A DNA stretch of 64,000 bases, taken from positions 148,512-212,511 of the forward strand of contig CAWHTW010000005.1 in the NCBI GenBank assembly GCA_963832345.1, in the 5' to 3' direction. Of this stretch, positions 46,335 through 57,091 are shown in pieces (positions within the stretch are counted from its first letter, which is position 1; every line of letters begins with the position of its first letter). The notes beneath the pieces were generated by a model. That model searched no databases, had not been told where the DNA came from, and saw nothing but the letters and a program-made list of their open reading frames with translations. The DNA comes from an uncultured Flavobacteriaceae bacterium. Its GTDB lineage: Bacteria; Bacteroidota; Bacteroidia; Flavobacteriales; Flavobacteriaceae. The translations under genes and the position numbers were made by a program.

Positions 46335-48530
46335 TTAGTGATGCCCAGAATGTCCGAAATCAATAATGATTCCCGCGTTTACAACAAAGCCTTCTAAAGG
46401 TGCCCAAATATCTAATTGTTCCGGGTTCGTTTCATTCCGTAGGTTTATGTTCTCAAATCTTGACTGACGCGTATCAGTAAAGTTTTCAAAATTTGTATAA
46501 ACACTAATGTGCTCGAACTTTCGTAGAATCATCAAACCTGCAATCCAATAATTGTCTGTCATTGTAAAGTCTCTTCTAAATTGCTCTCCTGTGTAATAGG
46601 CTTCGAGCCCTATCCTCCATTTTCCTTCTTCTTCATACACCAATACGGCACCAATGTTATGCTTGGCTGTTAGTGGTTTTTGCGCGTCTCTACCATCAAA
46701 CTTCTCTTGCGTGTCTATCAAAGCATAGTTTACAAAGAGTTTAAAGTCGTTGTAAGTCAACTTTAAATTAGTTTCTAAACCTTGGGTGAATACATGCTCA
46801 CCCGCGTTTTCAAACCTAAAAATATTTTGGTTAGTATTGGGCTGCCTCAAAACCAAAGGATCGTTAAGGGTGGTGCGGAAGAAAAGCTGATTAATGCTAA
46901 AAGTCCAACGCTCGCCAATTGCGGTTTTGTAGTTGATGTCAAAATTCACACCTGCAGATTGCTCCGCATCTAAGTCGTTAAGGTTAGAGCCGTCTAAGCC
47001 TCTGAATGACAGCCGTTCGGTATCTTCGGTGAAAATAGTAGGCGTTTTGTAACCTAACCCACCGCCAAGTCGGTAAGAAAACTTAGATTGAGGATTGTAA
47101 AATAAGGCCAGCCTCGGCAGAGCAAACCATCCAAATTGATTATTATAATCTAACCGCATTCCTGATTCAATAGAAAATGTTGACGACAACTGGGCTAAGG
47201 ACTGAACAAAAAGACCAGTAGTCAATTGTTCATAATCGCGGTCCGCATTTGTTCCGCTCTGTTCTTCAAACTGATCGGAATACACATTGGCACCCAACAC
47301 CCAGCGGCTAGTTTCTCTTCCGAAAGAATACGTGGCTTCGCTAAAGGTTGCGTACTGTTGCCCATCGAAAAGCAAGTTGGGCTCCCGAATTGTTCTATCG
47401 AAACTCAACAAACTATTTTTAATGGATAGAGATTTGTTTTCGCCAAAGGCTTTATCATAACTCAATTGATAAGATAGCCTGTTCGTTATATTTTCCTGCA
47501 AATAGGCATTAGCACTACTTTGCTCAGCTTCAATGGCATCTAAATTACCTCCCAAACGGTCTTCAAAAGTTCCGCTAAGCGCAAGCCTTAACTTGCTGTC
47601 TTCGGTTGGGTAATAGAAAAAAGTTGGGTTGAAGGTTAAGCTTTGAGACTTGGGTATATCCGAAAAGTTATCGCCATTAACTTCATAGTCGTTCTGGTTA
47701 TTTGCAGATGCAAAAAGACTGACCCCTAATTTGTCATTTCGCTTTGCGTAAAATGTGTTTAGCGTGGTGCCACCAGCCGAAGTTTGATCCAACATAAGTC
47801 TGAATCTGGCTTCGTCTTCTGGCTGAATGCTTACCAGGTTCACAAGCCCTGCAATGGCTCCTCCGCCATAAAGTGTAGCGTTACTGCCTTTAATTACCTC
47901 GACCTGTTTTAGGTCCAAAGGTGGAATTTGCATAATACTTAAACCACCTGAAAAGCCACCGTACAATGGAAAACCATCCTTTAAAAGTTGAGTGTAGCGT
48001 CCATCCAATCCTTGAATTCTAATACTTTGGTTGGCTGAACTCGGTGAGGTGATTTGCATTTGAATGCCTGTGCTTTCGCGAAGCAACATAGCAATGTTAG
48101 CAGATTTCATTACTGCTTTTTCCTCTAACTCTTCGGTGCCTAAAAATTCAATACGGGTGGGTATTTCTTCAATGCTTCGGCTAGACCGCGTAGCTGTAAC
48201 AATAGCTTCTTCGCTTTCTTCTACCGATGGTTCCAACAATATTTTTATAGGTGTATTACCAAGTTGGCCAAAAACAAAGTTTAAGGTTTGTGTCTCATAC
48301 CCCACGAATGAAAAGCGAATATCGGCTTCAGTTCCGTTTAAATCGGTCAGCGTCACAAAACCATTGGCGTCTGTAAAGCCGCCTTTCGAAGCAGAAACAA
48401 AAGCTGTAGCCCCAACGAGCGGTTCTTTGGTGTCGTTGTCTAAAACTTGAAATCTAATATTGGTTTGGCCAACGGCCATATGTGTAAACAGCATCGTTAG
48501 ACACGATGCCAAAAGGATTCTTTTGATCAT
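46335..48530 (-). CDS. TonB-dependent outer-membrane receptor (SusC/CarboxypepD_reg-like N-terminus)
   Basis: Signal peptide, a carboxypeptidase-regulatory-like N-terminal domain, plug-domain motifs, and a C-terminal beta-barrel. 731 aa. Confidence 0.85.
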   Translation of the reverse strand: MIKRILLASCLTMLFTHMAVGQTNIRFQVLDNDTKEPLVGATAFVSASKGGFTDANGFVTLTDLNGTEADIRFSFVGYETQTLNFVFGQLGNTPIKILLEPSVEESEEAIVTATRSSRSIEEIPTRIEFLGTEELEEKAVMKSANIAMLLRESTGIQMQITSPSSANQSIRIQGLDGRYTQLLKDGFPLYGGFSGGLSIMQIPPLDLKQVEVIKGSNATLYGGGAIAGLVNLVSIQPEDEARFRLMLDQTSAGGTTLNTFYAKRNDKLGVSLFASANNQNDYEVNGDNFSDIPKSQSLTFNPTFFYYPTEDSKLRLALSGTFEDRLGGNLDAIEAEQSSANAYLQENITNRLSYQLSYDKAFGENKSLSIKNSLLSFDRTIREPNLLFDGQQYATFSEATYSFGRETSRWVLGANVYSDQFEEQSGTNADRDYEQLTTGLFVQSLAQLSSTFSIESGMRLDYNNQFGWFALPRLALFYNPQSKFSYRLGGGLGYKTPTIFTEDTERLSFRGLDGSNLNDLDAEQSAGVNFDINYKTAIGERWTFSINQLFFRTTLNDPLVLRQPNTNQNIFRFENAGEHVFTQGLETNLKLTYNDFKLFVNYALIDTQEKFDGRDAQKPLTAKHNIGAVLVYEEEGKWRIGLEAYYTGEQFRRDFTMTDNYWIAGLMILRKFEHISVYTNFENFTDTRQSRFENINLRNETNPEQLDIWAPLEGFVVNAGIIIDFGHSGHH

Positions 48531-48564
48531 TATTAATTGAATTAGGTGTTTAAAATCTAGGTCT

Positions 48565-48891
48565 TTACGTAGTGCTTAACCTAGATTTTGGCGGTTCCCA
48601 AATTTCAAAAAAAACAACCGTGCCGTTGGTAGAAACTTCAGTTAGAAACGGTTCTAGTAATGGTTCGGTAGCAGATTGAGTCAGTGTATAAATTGAAGAA
48701 AGCGGAACACGGCAGCATGCGCAAGCACAAAATGGCGTACAGGTATCTGTATCCTCCTCATGTTCTTGATTCTCGCATGCCTCTAACTGCGCTGTCTCCT
48801 CGGTACAGTTGTCTTCTAACCATCCTTCGGCACAAGGCATAAGGCTGAAAAGTAGAATTGAAAAAGCCATGATGGTTTTTGACCACTGCAT
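48565..48891 (-). CDS. Small secreted Cys-rich protein next to the TonB receptor
   Basis: Signal peptide. Cys cluster CTPFCACACCRVP and CENQEHEED acidic patch. 108 aa. Confidence 0.45.
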   Translation of the reverse strand: MQWSKTIMAFSILLFSLMPCAEGWLEDNCTEETAQLEACENQEHEEDTDTCTPFCACACCRVPLSSIYTLTQSATEPLLEPFLTEVSTNGTVVFFEIWEPPKSRLSTT

Positions 48892-48957
48892 ATAGGCAAA
48901 TTTAATCTTTCAGTGTATGCAACAAGGCATCAATTGGAGAAAGTTATCCTTTTCGTT

Positions 48958-50283
48958 TTAATTTAATTGATCGAGGAGCGTTTCTAACCCCATGCCCCTT
49001 GAACCTTTAAGCAGAATGGTGCAATCTTCTATCTTGTTCGCACTCAGGAATTCAGCCAATGCAGCTTTATTGGCAAAGTAATGTGCAGCATTATTTACTT
49101 CAGAAGCTGCTTTCATATGGGGGCCACAAAAAATCACCTGTTGCAAGCCTAAAGCAGAAGTCATCCGACCGATCTCTTTGTGTTCATTTTCACTGTCTTC
49201 ACCAAGCTCCAGCATATCGCCTAAAATGGCGACTTTGTTCTTGACGTCTAACATTCCCAAATTTTCCAAGGCAGCTTTCATCGAGGTTGGATTCGCATTG
49301 TAGGCGTCCATCAGAATAGTGTTACTACCCATGTTTATTATCTGTGACCGATTATTATCCGGTACGTAGTTAGCCACTGCACTTTTGGCTTTATCCATGT
49401 CTACCTCAAAATATTTACCTACACAAAGCGCAACTGCTATATTTTCAAAATTATAGGCTCCGCTCAACGTTGTGGTTGTTCTAGTTCCATCAATACTTTC
49501 GAATACAATGTTTGGCTTTGCCTCAATTAGTTCTAGCGTAAGAAAATCGCCTTGTGCAGGATAGTAGACTGGAGATTTAATCCTTCGTTTGGCGATGTGA
49601 GAAAGTATTTCGTTTTGTGAGTTCACGAATATCACGCCCTGATTTTCAATCAACCAATGGTACATTTCAGACTTCCCTCTAATGACACCTTCAATTCCAC
49701 CAAAACCCTCTAAATGCGCTTTCCCAATATTTGTAATAAGTCCGTGAGTAGGTTCGGCAATTTTACAAAGGGCTGCAATTTCGCCCACATGGTTGGCACC
49801 CATTTCTATAATGGCCACCTCAATTTCTGCATTTATACGAAGTAGTGTGAGCGGCACGCCAATGTGATTATTGAGGTTACCCTTTGTGGCCAGCACCTTG
49901 AATTTAGTAGCCAACACATCGCGCATTAACTCTTTGGTAGTGGTTTTTCCGTTCGAACCGGTAACGCCAATCACTGGAATTGACAGTTGTTTTCGATGAT
50001 GATTTGCTAAAGTCTGTAGGGTTTCCAGTACATCTTCAACTAAGACACATCGTTCATCGGTATTGTAATCAGCATCGTCAATTACGGCATAAGAAGCGCC
50101 AAGCGACAGCGCTTCAGCCGCCATTTTATTCGCATTAAAATTTGGCCCTTTCAAGGCGAAAAAAATATTCCCTTCCTCAATCTTACGGGTATCAGTACTT
50201 ACTCCCGTGGCCGATTGAAACTTTTCATAAAGTGAAACTATACTCATGCCTAATGTGTATTGATGCTTAAAATTGAGTGACAA
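48958..50283 (-). CDS. murF: UDP-N-acetylmuramoyl-tripeptide--D-alanyl-D-alanine ligase
   Basis: ATP-binding VIGVTGSNGKTTTKEL. Mur ligase middle and C-terminal domain layout. 441 aa. Confidence 0.85.
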   Translation of the reverse strand: MSLNFKHQYTLGMSIVSLYEKFQSATGVSTDTRKIEEGNIFFALKGPNFNANKMAAEALSLGASYAVIDDADYNTDERCVLVEDVLETLQTLANHHRKQLSIPVIGVTGSNGKTTTKELMRDVLATKFKVLATKGNLNNHIGVPLTLLRINAEIEVAIIEMGANHVGEIAALCKIAEPTHGLITNIGKAHLEGFGGIEGVIRGKSEMYHWLIENQGVIFVNSQNEILSHIAKRRIKSPVYYPAQGDFLTLELIEAKPNIVFESIDGTRTTTTLSGAYNFENIAVALCVGKYFEVDMDKAKSAVANYVPDNNRSQIINMGSNTILMDAYNANPTSMKAALENLGMLDVKNKVAILGDMLELGEDSENEHKEIGRMTSALGLQQVIFCGPHMKAASEVNNAAHYFANKAALAEFLSANKIEDCTILLKGSRGMGLETLLDQLN

Positions 50284-50361
50284 GATAATACAGAATTGCG
50301 AGCTATGCCGTTCCTAAATTAGCATTCGCTTAAATCTTTACATTTGCAGTAAGAAATTACG

Positions 50362-52546
50362 ATGAGGATAATTATTGCAGTTCTTTTCTTCAGCATTACC
50401 AGTTCACTGAATGGGCAGTTTGCCTTTAGGTATGTCAATGACATTCCGCTTACGATAGACGGCACAGAGCTTTCACGTGCTTGGGAAGGCGGAATAAATT
50501 CGGCTCAGTTTCAGCAAATGGACCTCAACAACGATGGGGTCGAAGATTTAGTGATTTATCACAGGATGTCTGGCGAGCTGACTACTTACTTGGCGGAAGG
50601 CAATAAGTTTGTCTGGGCACCGGCTTACAAGTCCTTTTTTCCAAAAGAAATAAATCATTGGTTGATTTTGGCCGATTATAACTGTGATGGAAAGAAAGAC
50701 ATCTTTACCAGTGTTCCGCAAGGGGTTACTGTTTTTAAAAATATAAGTACTGAGTGACTTGCCGGAATGGGAACAAGCCGTTGATTTTTTAAGGTTCGAT
50801 TCTGGGGTGAATATACAAGTAAATGCATCGGATATTCCCGGCATTGCAGATGTAGACGGTGATGGTGACTTGGATATTCTGGCTTACCGATTTACCACAG
50901 CCAGCACAATTGACTATTATCAAAACACAGGGGTTGACAACGGAGATTGTGAACAACTTACGTTTACACGTGCCACAAGGCGGTGGGGCGAATTTGCCGA
51001 ATGTGAGTGTAACACTTTTGCATTCTCTGGTTCGCAATGCAGCATTGCAGGTGCCGCCAATACCAGCAATGATTTAAACGGACCCAATGCGGTTGCCCAT
51101 GCTGGAGGTAAAACCATACTTGTTTTCGACAATGACAATGACGGAGATTTAGACCTGATAACCTCCGATGAATTTTGCCAAACGCTTTATTTCATGGAAA
51201 ATGTGGGCGATGCACAAAATGCGTTAATGACCTCTTTTGAAAGTTATCCGGCCACGCACCCAGCGGCCTTTCAAATTTTTCCTTCCGCTTCATTACTTGA
51301 TGTAGATTTTGATGGCAATAAAGACTTGGTAGTTTCAACCAATGCTGACGCGAATGTGGCCAACAGCATTGACTTTACAACCACATCAAAACTTTACACC
51401 AATGGGGCAAACAATCTCAACCCATCATTCAATACCGCTTCCGTTCCTTTTCTGCAAAATGACATGCTCGATTTAGGCGAAAATACTTATCCCGCCACGG
51501 CCGACTTTGATGGTGACGGAGATTTAGATTTGTTCGTTGGTACCCGTGGATTGATTGATCAAGGTCAATTTTCGGCCTCTGTTTTTATGTTTGAGAATAC
51601 AGGAGGGCGATTTTCTCCAGCTTTTGAGTTAATCGAAAATGACTTCCTTGACCTTAAAAGTGAAGCCCTTAGAAATATTAAAATTCAATTTGCTGATGTG
51701 AATGCTGACGGTAGAAAGGACTTTATTTATCAGTCTACTACTGCTGCAAATGAAACAAAAATACGCTATCGACTCAATCAAGGGAACTTCAGTTTTGGTG
51801 CAGCACAGGAAATTTCAATTTCAGTAAACGAGAGCGACAACCCGTATTTTTATGACGTCAATGGTGATGGCCATCTAGATTTACTGCTGGCCACAAGGTT
51901 TGGTGGGCTAAGCTTATATACAAATGAAGGTAATTTTAGTTTTACTGCCCCCATTGTAAATTACGCTGGAATAGAGCCCAACTTCTTGGCATTGAACCCA
52001 AGTGTTTTTATTGTCGATTTGGACAGCGATGGAATTGTGGAGTTAGTGAAAACTGATTTATCTGGAGAGGTTAAAATTTACGCTGGAGCGATCGGAGAAG
52101 ACTTTACTCCTTCTTCTATAACTACCAACCTTTTGCAAAACAGTTTGAGGAATGACCTAAGCCCAAGCAACATCGGTGAAGTTTCTTGGCTAACAGCTGC
52201 CGACCTCTATGGAGAAGGAAAACCGACTTTAATCATCGGCAATAACCGTGGCGGGATTAATCTGCTCAAAAATGAAAGTACGAGCGAAAGTGCTACAGAT
52301 AGCAGGCCAATTCAACTTACTTTATTTCCTAACCCAACCTTGCGAAGTTTTTTTATTAGAACAGATGCTGACGCTACTGCCTCCATGTTCAATGTTTCGG
52401 GACAAAAAGTTTTTGATGCATTACCTATTCAAGCAGGTGTTTCAACAGAAATAAATACGGAAAGCTTAGCCGCAGGCATCTATTTGGTAAGAGTGACTAA
52501 TGGCTTAAATGCCCCAAGTGTAAAACGAATTCTAATTCAGAAATGA
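50362..52546 (+). CDS. FG-GAP/VCBS-repeat protein with a T9SS C-terminal sorting domain. The annotated ORFs 50362-50757 and 50759-52546 are one gene interrupted by a frameshift near 50750
   Basis: Signal peptide on the first ORF. Repeated DxDxDGxxD (FG-GAP) motifs across both ORFs. The C-terminal LFPNPT...GIYLVRV...KRILIQK matches the type-A Por secretion tail. The second ORF has a TTG start and no signal peptide. Confidence 0.7.
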
Positions 52547-52935
52547 TCCTATTCATTCATCTCCAAATCAAAGCCATTTCAGAAATTGAATTTGAGAGCC
52601 ACTGGGTGAAAAGTGTGAAAACTCATTTTCCTCAGGCCGTTGTGTTTGAAGCAGACAATCATTCTGACCCTAATGTAATTCAGCAAGGCGCAAACTTTTT
52701 GTTAGAGGCCAGCAAAGTTGTGTTAATGCTAGAGTCGTCTCCAAATGAAAAACCCGGTAAGGCTGCTTTAATCATTGAAAAGGTGCTGAGGTCTAAGAAC
52801 CATTCCCCTTTAATAGTTTTGAATGGCGAAAATGCGCTGATCGAGAAAATGGCGAAAGTATCGAAAAAGGAGATTTTTGTTTTTAAGGAACTGTCAGAAA
52901 CGATCAATAAGATTGAAGAGCACCTAAAAAACTAA
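52543..52935 (+). CDS. Hypothetical protein
   Basis: 130-aa ORF overlapping the upstream stop. No motif. Confidence 0.4.
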   Translation: MILFIHLQIKAISEIEFESHWVKSVKTHFPQAVVFEADNHSDPNVIQQGANFLLEASKVVLMLESSPNEKPGKAALIIEKVLRSKNHSPLIVLNGENALIEKMAKVSKKEIFVFKELSETINKIEEHLKN

Positions 52936-52984
52936 GCATCAATAGGTTTCAGAAGCCAGTTTGGAATGAATGGCCGTACAATCC

Positions 52985-53764
52985 TTAGACTCCCTTCATA
53001 TCAAAATCATCAGCATCTAAGTGGGCTGGAAATTTAGCACGGAAGTCATCTAAGTCGGGTCTGCTTAGATTAACCGTTAGAATTTCTTCTTGGTCTGAAA
53101 ATGCCAATGTTTCGCCCTTTGGCGAATAAGCTCCTGAGTGACCGTTATAATCAATTCCGTTTCCATCTGCTTCCACCCTATTTAAACCTACAGCATAACT
53201 GACATTTTCAATTGCCCTGGCCTTTAATAAAGCGTCCCATGCATTTACACGGGCAGCGGGCCAATTCGCAACATACAGTAGCAGATCGTATTCTAAATTT
53301 CTGTTTCTAGACCAAACAGGAAAGCGCAAGTCATAACAAACCATCGGACATATTTTCCAGCCTTTCCACTCAACAATCAATCTTTCTTTTCCGAAATCAA
53401 AATGCTCGTGCTCATCGGCCATTCTAAAAAGGTGTCGTTTGTCGTATTTATGCCAATCGCCATTTGGCTGCATCCAAATCAACCGATTAAAAACCTCACC
53501 TTCCTCTTTCACCATAAACGATCCACAAACCACGGCTTCAATTTGCTCGGCCATCTGTTTCATCCATTTGAAAGTGGTAAAGTTCATGGGTTCTGCAAGC
53601 TCAGTATGTTGCATCGAAAAGCCAGTTTGAAACATCTCGGGAAGCAGCACAATGTCCGTTTCCCCTTTCAAAGACCAAATTTTCTCTTCGAACATGGCCA
53701 AGTTGGAACCTATACTATGCCAATGAATATTGCTTTGAACAAGTGAAATCCTTAAATCTTGCAT
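52985..53764 (-). CDS. Carbon-nitrogen hydrolase family amidohydrolase (YafV/omega-amidase-like)
   Basis: Catalytic triad context LLPEMF (Glu), WHKYDKRHLF (Lys), CYDLRFP (Cys). 259 aa. Confidence 0.8.
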   Translation of the reverse strand: MQDLRISLVQSNIHWHSIGSNLAMFEEKIWSLKGETDIVLLPEMFQTGFSMQHTELAEPMNFTTFKWMKQMAEQIEAVVCGSFMVKEEGEVFNRLIWMQPNGDWHKYDKRHLFRMADEHEHFDFGKERLIVEWKGWKICPMVCYDLRFPVWSRNRNLEYDLLLYVANWPAARVNAWDALLKARAIENVSYAVGLNRVEADGNGIDYNGHSGAYSPKGETLAFSDQEEILTVNLSRPDLDDFRAKFPAHLDADDFDMKGV

Positions 53765-53955
53765 AAAGCGAAGTTATGAGTTTGTGCCAATAATGCTTTA
53801 TAGAAGGGGTTGAAAATGATACTAATCATTGTGAAATTAGCTTCTTTTCAGAGGTCGGAAAAAGTAGTAGTCTCCTTTACAAACAAGCCTTATGAGTTAC
53901 GGGAAACAAAAAAAGCCGTTTCTCAACGGCCTTTTCTATATCATGTTGAAGTAGA

Positions 53956-54960
53956 TTACTTCTTATCCTTATCGTCAGACTTTCTACGAGAAGGTGTTTT
54001 TTGCTCAGGATTAGCAATCGACTCTCTCATGTCGGTATCCGCCTGAATGTTCTCCATTTTATAGTAATCCATTACTCCCAATCGACCGCTTCTAAAAGCC
54101 TCGGCCAAGGCCCTAGGCACTTCTGCTTCTGCTTCAATAACCTTAGCTCTTGCCTCTTGAGACTTGGCTTTCATTTCTTGCTCTTCGGCCACAGCCATTG
54201 CTCTTCTTTCTTCAGCTTTCGCTTCAGCTACTTTCAAATCGGCTTGTGCTTGATCAGTTTGTAGAATTGCACCAATGTTCACCCCTACATCTACATCCGC
54301 AATGTCAATCGAAAGAATTTCGAATGCTGTTCCAGCGTCCAAACCACGACTTAACACTAGTTTTGATATTTTATCTGGGTTGGCCAATACTTCTTTGTGG
54401 GAAGCTGCAGAACCAATTGAGGTTACAATACCTTCACCAACTCTGGCAAGAATGGTGTCTTCACCCGCTCCACCTACTAATTGTTGAATGTTGGCACGAA
54501 CCGTTACTCTGGCCACAGCCACCAACTGAATACCATCTGCCGCCACAGCAGCTACCTTTGGGGTAGTAATTACTTTCGGGTTTACAGAAATTTGAACCGC
54601 TTCAAAAACATCTCTACCTGCGAGGTCAATCGCAGTTGCCTGCTTAAAGCCTAAGGTAATGTTTGCCTTATCGGCCGAAATAAGTGCTTTAATTACAGAA
54701 GGAACGTGACCACCAGCTAAGTAATGCGTCTCTAACTCCGTTGTTGTTAACTCCAATCCAGCCTTTGTAGCCGTAATCATGGCGTCTACCACAATTCTAG
54801 GCGGCACTTTTCTAATGCGCATGAACACAAGTTCAAGCAAGCCTACTTTAACATTCGAAAACCTAGCCGTAATCCATAAATTGACTGGCACAAAATAGAA
54901 AAAGGCAAAAAACAGAATTATACCGGCTCCAATAGCTACCAGCGTTATGTATTCATTCAT
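53956..54960 (-). CDS. floA: Flotillin-like protein FloA (YqfA/UPF0365 family)
   Basis: Near-collinear with FloA: [17 protein letters not shown]...HYLAGG...AIDLAGRDV...[22 protein letters not shown]...[11 protein letters not shown]...[11 protein letters not shown]. Confidence 0.85.
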   Translation of the reverse strand: MNEYITLVAIGAGIILFFAFFYFVPVNLWITARFSNVKVGLLELVFMRIRKVPPRIVVDAMITATKAGLELTTTELETHYLAGGHVPSVIKALISADKANITLGFKQATAIDLAGRDVFEAVQISVNPKVITTPKVAAVAADGIQLVAVARVTVRANIQQLVGGAGEDTILARVGEGIVTSIGSAASHKEVLANPDKISKLVLSRGLDAGTAFEILSIDIADVDVGVNIGAILQTDQAQADLKVAEAKAEERRAMAVAEEQEMKAKSQEARAKVIEAEAEVPRALAEAFRSGRLGVMDYYKMENIQADTDMRESIANPEQKTPSRRKSDDKDKK

Positions 54961-54962
54961 AT

Positions 54963-55436
54963 CTAATTATTTATTCGTTCAACTGTAATTCTATTTCCTG
55001 AAATCTTAATGATCTCAACCTTACTCCCTGACTCTACATGAGAGCCCATTGATACTACCTCATAGGTTTTATCACCAAACTCTCCTTTACCAAAGGGTTT
55101 CAAGTCAGATGTCGCTATGCCTTCCATCCCAACTTCCAACCCAAGAGAGTAGCCTTCATTAAATTTACCTTTATTGGTATCCTTGAGTGAAAATCGATCC
55201 CATGATTTGGACTTGAAACTAAAATAAATGGCCACTACCGAAAAGAGAAAAGAGCCCACTAGCATGTAATTACCTGCCAAAGTGCCGTGTTTCTCGTAAG
55301 TAAGATAGATTCCAACACAGGTAAGTGCAAAACCGACCACGCCCACAACAGTAGTGCCTGGGACAAAGAGTAATTCGATATAAATCAGAATTAACCCAAT
55401 GATTACCAACAAAATTATAGCAATCCACTCTCCCAT
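54963..55436 (-). CDS. NfeD-family short membrane protein (partner of FloA)
   Basis: Two N-terminal TM helices plus a C-terminal OB-fold-like domain. It lies immediately upstream of floA. Confidence 0.6.
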   Translation of the reverse strand: MGEWIAIILLVIIGLILIYIELLFVPGTTVVGVVGFALTCVGIYLTYEKHGTLAGNYMLVGSFLFSVVAIYFSFKSKSWDRFSLKDTNKGKFNEGYSLGLEVGMEGIATSDLKPFGKGEFGDKTYEVVSMGSHVESGSKVEIIKISGNRITVERINN

Positions 55437-55482
55437 TAGTTCGGTTTTTAAACTTGTCCGAATATACTATTAATTAGCAACA

Positions 55483-56961
55483 TCAATAGGCTTTTGCGAA
55501 AAGTACGCGGCCAGACGATGGTTTACCTGAATAGATACAAACTCCAGTTTCTTCTTTTCTATCTAAAGGAATACAGCGGATAGTTGCTTTGGTTTCCGTT
55601 TTGATTTTGTCTTCGGTTTCAGCCGTACCGTCCCAATGCGCAGAAACGAACCCGCCTTGTTCTTCAAGCACTTTTTTGAAGTCATTGTAAGTGTCAACTT
55701 CAGTTGTGTTCTCTTTCCTGAAATCGAAGGCTTTCTGATAAATAGAGCTCTGAATTTCTTCCAACAGGGCTTCTACTTTATCGGCCAAATTATTTTCTAA
55801 ACTGAAAAGCTCTTTTTCACCCGTATCTCTTCTGGCAATTTCAACCGAATTATTCTCCAAGTCTTTAGGCCCAATTGCGAGTCTTACCGGCACACCCTTC
55901 AGTTCCCATTCAGCAAATTTGAAACCTGGCTTATAAGTATCGCGGTTATCAAACTTCACAGAGATACCTTTGGCTTTTAAACCTTTGGTAAGCTCGGCTA
56001 CTTTGTCGGAAATGGTTTGAAGCTGCTCTTCTCCTTTATATATAGGTACAATAACCACTTGAATTGGAGCCAATTTAGGTGGCAGCACCAATCCTTGATC
56101 GTCTGAATGCGCCATAATCAAAGCACCAATTAACCTAGTACTTACACCCCATGAGGTTCCCCAAACATAATCTTGTTTCCCTTCTTTGCTGGTGAATTTC
56201 ACATCGAAAGCCTTAGCAAAATTCTGCCCTAAAAAGTGAGAAGTTCCAGCTTGAAGCGCCTTACCGTCTTGCATCAAAGCTTCGATACAGTAGGTTTCCA
56301 AGGCACCTGCAAATCTTTCGCTCTCTGATTTTATACCTTTTACCACTGGCATGGCCATAAATTCTTCAGCAAATTGAGCATAGACATTCATCATTTGCAC
56401 TGATTCATCAACGGCCTCTTGTTTTGTAGCATGTGCCGTGTGTCCTTCCTGCCATAAAAACTCAGCTGTTCTTAAAAACAAGCGCGTGCGCATTTCCCAT
56501 CGAACTACGTTCGCCCATTGATTAATTAGCAGAGGTAAGTCTCTGTAAGACTGTACCCAATTTTTATAAGTGCTCCAAATCACGGTTTCAGAAGTTGGTC
56601 TCACGATCAGCTCTTCTTCCAATTTAGCATCAGGGTCAACCACAACTCCTTTTCCGTCTGGGTCATTCATCAATCGGTAATGAGTCACAACAGCACATTC
56701 TTTAGCGAAGCCTTCTACGTGGTCGGCCTCTTTGCTTAAGTAAGATTTTGGTATAAAAAGAGGAAAGTAGGCATTCACATGTCCTGTCTCTTTAAACATT
56801 CTATCAATCTCAGCCTGCATTTTCTCCCAGATGGAAAAGCCATATGGCTTGATTACCATGCAACCCCGCACAGGTGAGTTTTCGGCTAAATCAGCTTTTT
56901 TCACCAGTTCATTGTACCACAACGAGTAATCTTCACTTCTTTTAGGTAATCCTTTGCTCAT
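55483..56961 (-). CDS. proS: Proline--tRNA ligase (archaeal/eukaryote-like class II type)
   Basis: The start is set at [16 protein letters not shown]. Class II motifs are present. The C-terminal zinc-binding-like domain ends ...AKAY. Confidence 0.9.
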   Translation of the reverse strand: MSKGLPKRSEDYSLWYNELVKKADLAENSPVRGCMVIKPYGFSIWEKMQAEIDRMFKETGHVNAYFPLFIPKSYLSKEADHVEGFAKECAVVTHYRLMNDPDGKGVVVDPDAKLEEELIVRPTSETVIWSTYKNWVQSYRDLPLLINQWANVVRWEMRTRLFLRTAEFLWQEGHTAHATKQEAVDESVQMMNVYAQFAEEFMAMPVVKGIKSESERFAGALETYCIEALMQDGKALQAGTSHFLGQNFAKAFDVKFTSKEGKQDYVWGTSWGVSTRLIGALIMAHSDDQGLVLPPKLAPIQVVIVPIYKGEEQLQTISDKVAELTKGLKAKGISVKFDNRDTYKPGFKFAEWELKGVPVRLAIGPKDLENNSVEIARRDTGEKELFSLENNLADKVEALLEEIQSSIYQKAFDFRKENTTEVDTYNDFKKVLEEQGGFVSAHWDGTAETEDKIKTETKATIRCIPLDRKEETGVCIYSGKPSSGRVLFAKAY

Positions 56962-57091
56962 ATCAGTTCTTTGGTATGAATCTTGTTTGTTAACGGTTGT
57001 TAAAATAGTTGATACAAAGATATACCATTCAGTTATTTTATCGACCCATTTTAATAAATACACGTTAACTTAAAGCCAGAGAGGAAGCATT

